Positions 10,325-19,313 of a DNA stretch of 64,000 nucleotides are shown here, piece after piece. This DNA is from Collinsella sp. (GTDB lineage: Bacteria > Actinomycetota > Coriobacteriia > Coriobacteriales > Coriobacteriaceae), in assembly GCA_036302865.1 (NCBI GenBank), contig JAXJBU010000022.1, positions 4,098 to 68,097 of the forward strand, written 5' to 3'. Numbering within the stretch: position 1 is the stretch's first letter; each line of letters begins with the position of its first letter. The translations under genes and the position numbers were made by a program. Below the pieces are notes generated by a model that ran no database searches, was not told where the DNA came from, and saw nothing but the letters and a program-made list of their open reading frames with translations.

Positions 10325-11038
10325 CTAGCCACCCAGATAGGCCTTGCGCACGTTATCGTCGTGCAGGAGCTCTTGGCCGGTGCCGGTCATGGTGATCTTG
10401 CCGGTCTCGAGCACGTAGCCGCGTGTGGCGATGGAAAGAGCCATCTGTGCGTTTTGCTCGACCAGAAGCACCGTGGTGCCGGCCTTATGCAAATCCTCGA
10501 CAATCTGGAAGATCTGCTCAATCAGAATCGGCGCCAGGCCCATGGAAGGTTCGTCGAGCATGAGCAGCTTGGGGTTGCTCATAAGGGCGCGGCCCATAAC
10601 GAGCATCTGCTGCTCGCCGCCCGAAAGGGTGCCGGCGACCTGGCGACGGCGCTCCTTCAGGCGCGGGAACTGCTCGTAGACGCGCTCAAGGCCCGGAGCC
10701 ACCGTGGACTTGGGTTGCGTATAGGCGCCCATCTCCAGGTTCTCCTCAACCGTCATCTGCAAAAAGGCGCGACGTCCCTCGGGAACCTGAGCCAGTCCCT
10801 TACCAACCAGCTTATCAGCGGGCGTATGGGTAATGTCCTCGCCCATAAACTTGATGGAGCCGGTCTTGGAACGCAGCAGGCCCGAGACGGTTTTAAGCGT
10901 CGTGGACTTACCGGCGCCGTTCGCGCCGATCAGGGCCACGATCTCGCCCTCGTTGACGTTAAAGGAGATGTCCTTGATGGCGTGGATAGCGCCGTACCAG
11001 ACGTTGATGTTGTAGACGGAAAGCATCGGCTCTGCCAT
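10325..11038 (-). CDS. livF: Branched-chain amino acid ABC transporter ATPase
   Basis: GANGAGKST, VPEGRR, LSGGEQQML, LDEPSMGLAP, LLVEQN. Confidence 0.93.
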   Translation of the reverse strand: MAEPMLSVYNINVWYGAIHAIKDISFNVNEGEIVALIGANGAGKSTTLKTVSGLLRSKTGSIKFMGEDITHTPADKLVGKGLAQVPEGRRAFLQMTVEENLEMGAYTQPKSTVAPGLERVYEQFPRLKERRRQVAGTLSGGEQQMLVMGRALMSNPKLLMLDEPSMGLAPILIEQIFQIVEDLHKAGTTVLLVEQNAQMALSIATRGYVLETGKITMTGTGQELLHDDNVRKAYLGG

Positions 11039-11899
11039 TTAGTTCTCCCCCTTATCCTGCTTGCCCAGATATGCCTCAATTACGGCATCGTTGTTCTGGA
11101 TCTCCTCGGCCGTGCCCTTGGCGATGACCTTACCAAAGTTGAGCACGCAGATGCCCTCGCAGATGTTCATGACGAGCGACATGTCGTGCTCGATAAGCAT
11201 GATGGCAATGCCGAAGGTGTCGCGAATCTTGACGATGTTCTCCATGAGCTCGGCGGTCTCGGACGGGTTCATGCCGGCGGCAGGCTCGTCGAGCAGCAAT
11301 AGCTTGGGGTTGGTGGCAAGCGCGCGGACGATCTCCAGACGACGCTGAGCGCCGTAAGGCAGCGATCCGGCCTGCTCGTTTGCCAGATGCTCCATATCAA
11401 AGATGGACAGTAGTTCCATGGCGCGCTCGTGGGCAGCCTTCTCGTGCTTCCAATACGTCGGCAGGCGCAGCACGCCCTCAAAACCGGAGTAGCGCTCCTG
11501 GTTGTGCAGACCGACCTTGACGTTGTCCTCCACCGTCATGGTGTTGAACAGGCGGATGTTCTGGAAGGTACGGGCAATACCCATGCGGTTGACCTGGTAG
11601 ACCGACTTGCCCGAGGTGTCCTCACCGTCGAGCAGGATGGTGCCGTGCGTGGGCTGGTACACCTTGGTGAGCAGGTTGAAGACCGTGGTCTTACCGGCAC
11701 CGTTGGGGCCGATCAAACCGGCGATCTCGGTCTTGCCGATAGTCAGGCTAAAGTCGTCGACTGCCTTAAGGCCACCGAACTCAATGCCCAGGTGGATGCA
11801 CTCAAGTGCCGGGCGCTCGCCCAGGTCGCGGTCGGGAACGATGGCGCCAGAAGGATACGGAACCATCTTGCCCTTGTTGAACTCAAATTTACTGGGCAT
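11039..11899 (-). CDS. livG: Branched-chain amino acid ABC transporter ATPase
   Basis: GPNGAGKTT, ARTFQNIRLF, LPYGAQRRLE, LDEPAAGMN, EHDM. Confidence 0.93.
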   Translation of the reverse strand: MPSKFEFNKGKMVPYPSGAIVPDRDLGERPALECIHLGIEFGGLKAVDDFSLTIGKTEIAGLIGPNGAGKTTVFNLLTKVYQPTHGTILLDGEDTSGKSVYQVNRMGIARTFQNIRLFNTMTVEDNVKVGLHNQERYSGFEGVLRLPTYWKHEKAAHERAMELLSIFDMEHLANEQAGSLPYGAQRRLEIVRALATNPKLLLLDEPAAGMNPSETAELMENIVKIRDTFGIAIMLIEHDMSLVMNICEGICVLNFGKVIAKGTAEEIQNNDAVIEAYLGKQDKGEN

Positions 11900-12977
11900 C
11901 GGCTGCCACCTCCTTCTTGGAAGCAAAACGGTCCTTGACGCGACCGAAGAATGCCTTGAGCTGCGGGTTGTTGGTAAAGATCATGACCAGGATCAGCACG
12001 ATGGCGTAGATGAGCATGCGGTAGTCCGAGAACTGACGGAGCAGCTCGGGAAGCACCGTGAGCAACGCCGCCGCGATGACGGAGCCGCGCATATTGCCCA
12101 GACCACCCAGGACCACGAACACCAGGATGAGGATGGACGTGTTGAAGTCAAACTTAGTGGCGGAAAGCTGCGAGAAGTTACCGCCGAAGAGAGCTCCGGC
12201 AGCACCGGCAAGGGCAGCGGAAACCACGAAGGCGATCATGCGGTATTCGGTGACGGAGATGCCTACCGACTCGGCTGCAATCTTGTTATCGCGCACGGCC
12301 ATAATGGCACGGCCGGTACGGCTGCGAACCAGGTTGAGCACGATCACGAGTGCGACCATGACCAGGATGGCACCGGCGAGGAAGGTCGAGTACGTCGACA
12401 CGCCCGAGGCGCCCTGGGCGCCCTTGATGATGGCGGTACCGTCCTCGAGCAGATGCAGGTCGTCGATCGTAGAGTTGCCCGTGATGTTAAAGATCACGTG
12501 CAGGCCGCGGGAGTCGACACCCACAATGAGGCAGGTGACGATCTCTTTGATGATCTCGCCAAAGGCCAGCGTCACGATAGCCAGGTAATCGCCGCTCAGG
12601 CGCAGGACCGGGATACCGATCAAGAAGCCCAAGATGGCAGCGGCGATAGCGCCGACCACAATGCTGATGATAAGGCGCACCGGATCGGAGGGAACGGCGC
12701 TCTCGAGGGCGACCGCGGTGACGATGCCCGTGTAGGCACCGACACTCATAAAGCCCGCATGGCCCAGCGACAAGTCGCCCGCGATGCCGACGACGAGGTT
12801 AAGGGAGATGGCCATGACGATATAGGCCGTGATGGGAACCAGCTGACCGGCGATCATGCGCGGAATCATATGGTTGGACTGCATAAAGAACACGATGGCG
12901 AACGCCACAAGGCACATGGCGTACGTAACAAAGTCGTGACGCGTCTGCTTGTCTTTAAGAAACTTCATAACGCTCAC
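11889..12977 (-). CDS. livM: Branched-chain amino acid ABC transporter permease
   Basis: SLGHAGF, LRLSGDYLAIVTLAFGE, VLGGLG; operon position. Confidence 0.92.
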   Translation of the reverse strand: MSVMKFLKDKQTRHDFVTYAMCLVAFAIVFFMQSNHMIPRMIAGQLVPITAYIVMAISLNLVVGIAGDLSLGHAGFMSVGAYTGIVTAVALESAVPSDPVRLIISIVVGAIAAAILGFLIGIPVLRLSGDYLAIVTLAFGEIIKEIVTCLIVGVDSRGLHVIFNITGNSTIDDLHLLEDGTAIIKGAQGASGVSTYSTFLAGAILVMVALVIVLNLVRSRTGRAIMAVRDNKIAAESVGISVTEYRMIAFVVSAALAGAAGALFGGNFSQLSATKFDFNTSILILVFVVLGGLGNMRGSVIAAALLTVLPELLRQFSDYRMLIYAIVLILVMIFTNNPQLKAFFGRVKDRFASKKEVAADAQ

Positions 12978-13859
12978 CTACACCTTCTCGGGGACGTACT
13001 TGCCCAAGAGGCCGGCAGGCTTGACGAGCAGGACGATGATCAGAACACCAAAGACGATGGAGTTGGCAAGGCTCGTGGAAATGTAAGCCTGTGCCATCGC
13101 CTCAATGATGCCGATGAGAATGCCACCGACAAAGGCACCGGGGATGGAGCCGATACCGCCGAAGACGGCGGCGTCGAAGGCCTTGATGCCAGGCATGGCG
13201 CCCGTGGTGGGTTGCAGGACCGGCGAGTAGGAGCACAGGAGCACACCGGCGATGGCGGCAAGGGCGGAGCCGATGGCAAACGTCATCGAGATGGTACGGT
13301 TGACGTTGATGCCCATGAGCTGAGCGGCGGCTTTGTCCTCGGACACGGCGCGCATGGCTTTGCCCATCTTGGTCTTACCTGTAAAGAACATCAGGCCGGC
13401 CATGATAACCAGGCAGGCGACGATGGTGACGAGCGAGACGGCGCTTACATTGAACTTGGCCAAGAACTCCGGCACCTGGAAGGTGACGAGCGAAGTGAAG
13501 TTCTTGGGCGTGGCGCCCCACAGAAGCTGCGCGGCGTTCTGCAGGAAGTAAGACACGCCGATGGCCGTGATCAGAACGGCCAGCGGGCCCGCCTGACGCA
13601 GCGGCTTGTATGCCAGACCCTCGATGAGAACACCGAGAACGGTACTGACCACACAAGAGAGAATTACAGATGCCCAGCCCGGGAGGCCGAGATACGACGT
13701 GGCGCAGAACGAGACATAGGCACCGACCATGATAACGTCGCCGTGAGCGAAGTTCAGCATCTTGGCGATGCCATAGACCATGGTGTAGCCCAACGCGATG
13801 ATGGCGTAGACGCTGCCCATGGACAGGCCGTTGACCAGGTATTGGATAAAGACCGTCAT
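12978..13859 (-). CDS. livH: Branched-chain amino acid ABC transporter permease
   Basis: ALGYTMVYG..LNFAHG, GKAMRAVSED, GGIGSIPGA; start MTVFIQ. Confidence 0.93.
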   Translation of the reverse strand: MTVFIQYLVNGLSMGSVYAIIALGYTMVYGIAKMLNFAHGDVIMVGAYVSFCATSYLGLPGWASVILSCVVSTVLGVLIEGLAYKPLRQAGPLAVLITAIGVSYFLQNAAQLLWGATPKNFTSLVTFQVPEFLAKFNVSAVSLVTIVACLVIMAGLMFFTGKTKMGKAMRAVSEDKAAAQLMGINVNRTISMTFAIGSALAAIAGVLLCSYSPVLQPTTGAMPGIKAFDAAVFGGIGSIPGAFVGGILIGIIEAMAQAYISTSLANSIVFGVLIIVLLVKPAGLLGKYVPEKV

Positions 13860-13935
13860 GTTCCACATCCCCCTTTCGAATAGGTTTCCAGTTAATGTAT
13901 GAAACAGGGACGTTACACTGTCCCTAGATACCAAG

Positions 13936-13967
13936 CAAGCAGGGAAGGCCAAAACCTCCCCTGCTTG
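13936..13967. terminator. Intra-operon hairpin between binding-protein gene and livH
   Basis: caagcagggaagg-ccaaaa-cctcccctgcttg. Confidence 0.5.
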
Positions 13968-13998
13968 GGATCAAAACCGCTCTATGTAAGGCGGCTTA

Positions 13999-15186
13999 TT
14001 AGGCCTGTACGTACTTGCCGTCGGTGATGACGTACGCCGTGGGCTCCTTCTGGACCTGGCCCTTATCGTTCCAGGTGAGCTTGCCGGTCAGACCGTCAAC
14101 GGTAATCTTGAGCATAGCCTTAGGCAGCTTCTCGGCGACCTCGGTCGGGTCGGCGTCGACACCAAGACCGGCCTCCTCGAGGGCCTCGGCCACCGCGTGC
14201 ACGCCGTCGTAAGCGTCGGCGGCAAACTGGTCCGGAGTCTCGCCATACTTATCCTTGTAAGCGTTGACGAAGTCGGCGTTCTTCTCGTCGTCGGCGGAGA
14301 ACGGGGTCATGAGCAGCAGACCCTCGGCAAGAGAGGTGTCGAAGCCCTCAACGCCCAGGATGCCGTCCATGCCGTCGCAGCCCATCATCTTGACGTCGTA
14401 GCCCATGTCCTTGGCGTTCTTGAGCAGGACGGACGCCGGCGTGTAGTAGATCGGCGCAAAGATCATGGTAGCGCCGGCCTGCTTGGCCTTGGTGAGCTGG
14501 TTGGTAAAGCTCGTGGCGGAGTCGTCCTTAAAGGTCTCCTCGTCAACAATCTCGAGCTTGGATTTAGCGGCCTGAACCTTAAAGGAATCTGCGATGCCCG
14601 AAGAATAGGCGTCGCCGGAGTTATAGAACAGCACGAACTTCTCGTCCGCATACTTCTGCGCCAGGAACTTGGCAGCGTTGACGCCCTGGTTGGGATCGGT
14701 AAAGCAAACCTGGAAGACGCAATCCTTGCCCTTGGTGACGTCCTCGGAGGACGCGGACGGAGTGATCATGAACGTCTCGGGGTCGTTACCGCACTCGGCG
14801 GCAACGGCAACCGACGCACCCGTGGTGGTCGGGCCGACGAGGGCCTGCATGCCCCAGTCGAGCAGGGTGTTAAAGGCGTTGACGGCCTTCTCGCCGTCGG
14901 CCTGGTCATCCTCGGCCTTGCTGGCAAGCGGCAGCTCCTTGGTCGAGAAATCCTTGCAGCCAAGCTCGACACCCTGGGTAACGGACTTGCCGTAGGACGC
15001 GTTGGCGCCGGTCAGCGGGCCGATGGTGCCGATCTTAAACGAAGCGTCGCCCGAAGCGGAACCGCTGTCGCCGCCGTTGGAGGAGCAGCCAGCTAGAATA
15101 GACATCGCCCCCAGACCTGCTGCGCTCGCGATAACGCTCCTGCGATTCATAACAGGGTTCAATGACTTACCGGTGAGGCTCGACAT
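13999..15186 (-). CDS. LivJ/LivK-type ABC substrate-binding lipoprotein (copy 1)
   Basis: NRRSVI twin-Arg plus LAGC lipobox; IGTIGPLTG, PSAS, FQVCFTD. Confidence 0.9.
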   Translation of the reverse strand: MSSLTGKSLNPVMNRRSVIASAAGLGAMSILAGCSSNGGDSGSASGDASFKIGTIGPLTGANASYGKSVTQGVELGCKDFSTKELPLASKAEDDQADGEKAVNAFNTLLDWGMQALVGPTTTGASVAVAAECGNDPETFMITPSASSEDVTKGKDCVFQVCFTDPNQGVNAAKFLAQKYADEKFVLFYNSGDAYSSGIADSFKVQAAKSKLEIVDEETFKDDSATSFTNQLTKAKQAGATMIFAPIYYTPASVLLKNAKDMGYDVKMMGCDGMDGILGVEGFDTSLAEGLLLMTPFSADDEKNADFVNAYKDKYGETPDQFAADAYDGVHAVAEALEEAGLGVDADPTEVAEKLPKAMLKITVDGLTGKLTWNDKGQVQKEPTAYVITDGKYVQA

Positions 15187-15457
15187 GCGGCTCTCCTCTC
15201 AAATCTCGTCGGGTTTCGGTTACCCAACAGGCCATCCTTCGCCGTGTTCGGCGTTCGCAAAATAGTAGACGCTTTAGTTGAGAAAAGTGGCGATTATTTC
15301 AACTTTTCTTTGGCCTCAGGTTTTTATCCATATTTCTGCGTATTTTTGCCGCTTTATGCATGACTGCCACTTTATTGTGTAAAAGTAATGTTTCCATTCT
15401 GTTACAAGCGTCCTCGCCCTGAATAAAAGAGCCTCACCGGTTGCGTTTTATACGCTC

Positions 15458-16624
15458 TTAGGCGGCAATGTACTTGCCGTCCTGAATCACATAGGCCGTA
15501 GCGGGCTTCTCGACCTGGCCCTCGTCGTTCCAGGTGAGCTCGCCGGTCAGGCCATCGATCTTGATCTTGCGCATGGCCTTGGCAAGGTCGGCGGCAATGT
15601 CGGCACCGTCGGCCGTCGTGTCGATGCCGGCCTTGTCGATAGCCTCGGCGATCGCATGGACACAGTCGTAGGCGTCGGCGGCAAACTGGTTGGGGGTCTC
15701 GTCGTACTCCTCCTTGTATGCCTTGACGAAGTCGGCGTTCTTCTCGTCGTCGGCGGAGAACGGCGTCATGAGCAGCACGCCCTCGGCAAGCGAGGTGTCG
15801 AAGCCCTCGACGGAGAGCAGACCGTCCATGCCGTCGGTGCCCATGAGCGTCATGTCATAGCCCATGTCCTTGGCGTTCTTGAGCAGGACGGACGCCGGCG
15901 TGTAGTAGATCGGCGCAAAGATGAGCGTGGCGCCGGCCTCCTTGGCCTTGGTCAGCTGGTTGGTAAAGCTCGTGGAAGAATCGTCCTTAAAGGTCTCGGT
16001 GTCGACGATATCGAGCTTGGACTCCTTGGCCTGCTCGGCAAAGGCATCGGCTACGCCCGAGCTGTACGTATCGCCGGAGTTATAGAACAGGGCGATCTTG
16101 GCGTCCGCATACTTCTCGGCCAAGAACTTCGCGGCGCTCGTGCCCATGGTGGGATCGGTGAAGCAGACCTGGAAGACCGTGGTCTTGTCCTTGGTGACGT
16201 CGAGCGACGAGGCAGAAGGCGTGACCATGAGCATGTCGTCGGCAATCTCGCCCGAGACGGCAACGGCAGCACCGGTGGTGACGGGGCCGACGAGCGCCTG
16301 CATGCCCCAGTCGCACAGGGTATTGAAGGCGTTGATGGCCTTCTCGCCGTCAGCGACGTCGTCCTCGGACTTAAGCGAGAGCTTGAGGTCCTTGGTCGAG
16401 AAATCCTTGGCAGCGAGCTTAGCGCCCTTCTCGGCCGAGACGCCATAGGTTGCCGCAGCGCCGGTCAGAGGGCCGATGACACCGATCTTGAAAGACTTGC
16501 CGTCATCGGCGGAGCCGCCATCCGAGCCACCCGAGGAGCAGCCGGCAAGCGCGACGGTGCTGCCGAGCGCGGCGGCGCCGGCAAGGAAGTTCCTACGGCT
16601 GAGCGTGCTGTTGATGTTGAACAT
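15458..16624 (-). CDS. LivJ/LivK-type ABC substrate-binding lipoprotein (copy 2)
   Basis: SRRNFL Tat motif plus LAGC lipobox; highly similar to copy 1; start MFNIN. Confidence 0.9.
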   Translation of the reverse strand: MFNINSTLSRRNFLAGAAALGSTVALAGCSSGGSDGGSADDGKSFKIGVIGPLTGAAATYGVSAEKGAKLAAKDFSTKDLKLSLKSEDDVADGEKAINAFNTLCDWGMQALVGPVTTGAAVAVSGEIADDMLMVTPSASSLDVTKDKTTVFQVCFTDPTMGTSAAKFLAEKYADAKIALFYNSGDTYSSGVADAFAEQAKESKLDIVDTETFKDDSSTSFTNQLTKAKEAGATLIFAPIYYTPASVLLKNAKDMGYDMTLMGTDGMDGLLSVEGFDTSLAEGVLLMTPFSADDEKNADFVKAYKEEYDETPNQFAADAYDCVHAIAEAIDKAGIDTTADGADIAADLAKAMRKIKIDGLTGELTWNDEGQVEKPATAYVIQDGKYIAA

Positions 16625-16873
16625 GGTGTCCCCCTTTTCGCTGGCCGCGGTGCGGCCGTCTTGCGGTACAGGGCAAACCTTATGGTTCAAACGTTGACAG
16701 TTTGTTACGGAACTTCGTTTGTAGCGAGCGTGTTTCCAATGTTTCCGCAGCGTTTCGGGGGTAGCGTTTTGTGCGGCTCCCGTTGCCTGGCAAGCACGCG
16801 CCCTCGGTTCACGCTAGAATGCACTCAACCTTAACTGGTCAATCATCCATACAGATGCACGAAGGAGCTATCT

Positions 16874-18217
16874 ATGAGCGAACCCCTGCGCACCGTGAAC
16901 GTCGGCCTGATCGGTCTGGGAACCGTCGGCGGCGGCGTGGCCCGTCTGATCAAGAGCCACCACGATGAGTACCTGGCCGCCTACGGCATCGACCTTAAGC
17001 TGACCCGCGCCTGTGCGCTTGCCTGGGAGCAGGCCGAAGCCGCCGGTATTGAGCGCGAGGCCTTTACGAGCGACTGGCATGACGTCGTTACCGACCCCGC
17101 CGTCGACATCGTCGTCGAGCTGATCGGCGGCGAGCACCCCGCGACCGAGATTTTCACCACCGCCTTTGAGAACGGCAAGCACGTCGTCTCCGCCAACAAG
17201 GCCCTGCTCGGCCGTCATGTCGAGACGCTTGCCGAGAAGGCGCGTGAGTGCGGCGTGCAGATTAAGTGCGAGGCCAGCTGCGGCGGCGGTATCCCCATCG
17301 TCAGCACGCTCGAGCACGACCTGGTGGGCAACAAGATCCTGACCATCGCCGGCATCCTCAACGGCACCACCAACTACATCCTGTCGCGCATGGACGCCGA
17401 GGGCGCCGATTACGCCGATGTGCTCGCCGACGCCCAGGCCAAGGGCTACGCCGAGGCCGATCCGTCCGCCGACGTCGACGGCTTCGACGCCGCCAGCAAG
17501 ACGGCCATCCTCGCCTCCATCGGCTTTGGCACCCGCGTGACCACCGACGACGTTTACCAGCAGGGTATCCGTACCATCGGCGCCGAGGACATCGCCCAGG
17601 CCCGCGAGCTCGGCTACACCATTAAGCTGCTGGGCATCGCCCGCAACACCGATGCCGGCGTCGACGTCCGCGTGCACCCCACGCTAATCCCTGCCGACCA
17701 CATGCTCGCCAAGGTCAACGGCGCCATGAACGCCGTCTACGTGGTGGGCGACGCCGTGGGCGAGACCATGTTCTACGGTGCCGGCGCAGGCTCCTTCCCC
17801 ACCGCGAGCGCCGTCGTAGGCGATATCCTGTCGCTGTCCGAGCAGATCAGCCGCGGCGTGGCACCGCTGCCCGAGATCGAGCCCTACGGCCACAACCTCG
17901 CCTTTAAGCCCATGGACGAACTCCAGACCAAGTACTATGTGCGCCTGAAGGTTGCCGACCGCGTGGGCGCCCTGTCCGAGACGGTCGATATCTTTGCCAA
18001 GCACAACATCTCGATCTCGCTCATCAACCAGGTCGAGGATGGCAAATCGGGCGTCACCGACACCTGCTCCGTCATCTTCCTGACGCACCGCGCGCTCGAG
18101 AAGGACATCCAGGCCGCTGCTGCGGAGCTTGCAGGCGTCGACTGCGTGGCCGAGGTCGCCAACGTCCTGCGTATCGAGGACGTCGAGGCCTGGACCGAAG
18201 GCGTTATGGCCAACTAA
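16874..18217 (+). CDS. hom: Homoserine dehydrogenase with C-terminal ACT domain
   Basis: GLGTVG, VVSANK, GGGIP, GILNGTTNYIL, GYAEADP, GAGAG. Confidence 0.96.
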   Translation: MSEPLRTVNVGLIGLGTVGGGVARLIKSHHDEYLAAYGIDLKLTRACALAWEQAEAAGIEREAFTSDWHDVVTDPAVDIVVELIGGEHPATEIFTTAFENGKHVVSANKALLGRHVETLAEKARECGVQIKCEASCGGGIPIVSTLEHDLVGNKILTIAGILNGTTNYILSRMDAEGADYADVLADAQAKGYAEADPSADVDGFDAASKTAILASIGFGTRVTTDDVYQQGIRTIGAEDIAQARELGYTIKLLGIARNTDAGVDVRVHPTLIPADHMLAKVNGAMNAVYVVGDAVGETMFYGAGAGSFPTASAVVGDILSLSEQISRGVAPLPEIEPYGHNLAFKPMDELQTKYYVRLKVADRVGALSETVDIFAKHNISISLINQVEDGKSGVTDTCSVIFLTHRALEKDIQAAAAELAGVDCVAEVANVLRIEDVEAWTEGVMAN

Positions 18218-18250
18218 TTCCGGTCTTCGGTATACGACATATTTGTTGAG

Positions 18251-18284
18251 AGGCTCCCGTCCGGTCTTGGACGGGAGCCTTTTT
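18251..18284 (+). terminator. Rho-independent terminator after hom
   Basis: aggctcccgtcc-ggtctt-ggacgggagcct followed by T-tract. Confidence 0.85.
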
Positions 18285-18441
18285 GCTTACGCGCTCGGGG
18301 CGTATCGGCGCGGCTTACGTTTGAACAACTCGACCGCTCATTGACAACCGGGGGTACCGTTCACCGATAAGCGAATGTGCCCGTTTTGGGCCGCCACTAT
18401 GCTGTGCTGCGTATGTCCAACCCCCGAAGAATGGAGGCACC

Positions 18442-19191
18442 ATGTTGCTCGAGGGTAAGAAAGCAATCATCACCGGAGGCACGCGCGGTATCGGCTATGC
18501 CATCGCCTGCCGCTTTATCGAGGAGGGCGCTGCCGTCACCGTCTTTGGCTCTCGCCAGGAGACCGCCGACGCCGCCGTTGAGAAGCTGACCGCAGCCTAT
18601 CCCGAGGCCAAGGTCTGGGGCCGCTCCTGCGACCTCACCTCGCTCGAAGCCGTAACCGAGGCCTTTACTCAGGCATCCGCCGACATGGGTGGCCTGGACA
18701 CGGTCGTCAACAACGCCGGCATCTCCCAGCGCTCGCCGCTTCTGGAGTACACAGCCGAAGAGTTCGCCAAGGTCATGGACCTCAACGTCGTCGCCGTCTT
18801 TAACGGCCACCAGGCCGCTGCCAAGATCATGACCGAGGCAGGCCACGGCGGCACCATCACCACCACGAGCTCGATGGTCGCCAAGTACGGCCAGCCCTCC
18901 GGCGTCGGCTACCCCACGTCCAAGTTCGCCGTCAATGGTATGGTCCAGTCGCTCTCGCGTGAACTCGCCCCCATGGGCATTCGCGTCAACGCCGTCGCTC
19001 CCGGCGTGACCAAGACCGATATGGTCGCCAACCTGCCCGAAGAGGTCATCAAGCCCATCATCGCCACCATTCCGCTCGGCCGCATGGGCGAGCCCGAGGA
19101 CGTCGCCAACGCCTTCGTCTTCCTGGCAAGCGACATGTCCTCTTATGTCACGGGCGCCGTACTCCCCGTCGACGGAGCCGCCCGCTCCTAA
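18442..19191 (+). CDS. SDR oxidoreductase, BaiA-like (candidate hydroxysteroid dehydrogenase)
   Basis: TGGTRGIG, NNAG, YxxxK as SGVGYPTSK, VAPGVxxTDM, FLASD; 249 aa. Confidence 0.8.
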   Translation: MLLEGKKAIITGGTRGIGYAIACRFIEEGAAVTVFGSRQETADAAVEKLTAAYPEAKVWGRSCDLTSLEAVTEAFTQASADMGGLDTVVNNAGISQRSPLLEYTAEEFAKVMDLNVVAVFNGHQAAAKIMTEAGHGGTITTTSSMVAKYGQPSGVGYPTSKFAVNGMVQSLSRELAPMGIRVNAVAPGVTKTDMVANLPEEVIKPIIATIPLGRMGEPEDVANAFVFLASDMSSYVTGAVLPVDGAARS

Positions 19192-19313
19192 AGGGCGGTG
19201 GGCTTCGGCCCCAACCTTCTTCAGAGCTCTACGCAAAAGGCGCGCTACCTGCGATCGATGCAGGCGGCGCGCCTTCTTTTATTTGGGCGGAAACCGTATC
19301 CCGGTATTCCTTG

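Noticed and set aside
7499..19191. A bile-acid (bai) operon linking the BASS transporter and the BaiA-like SDR
   Set aside because: The genes are 10 kb apart with unrelated operons between, no baiB/CD/E/F/H is present, and BASS members carry many other substrates.
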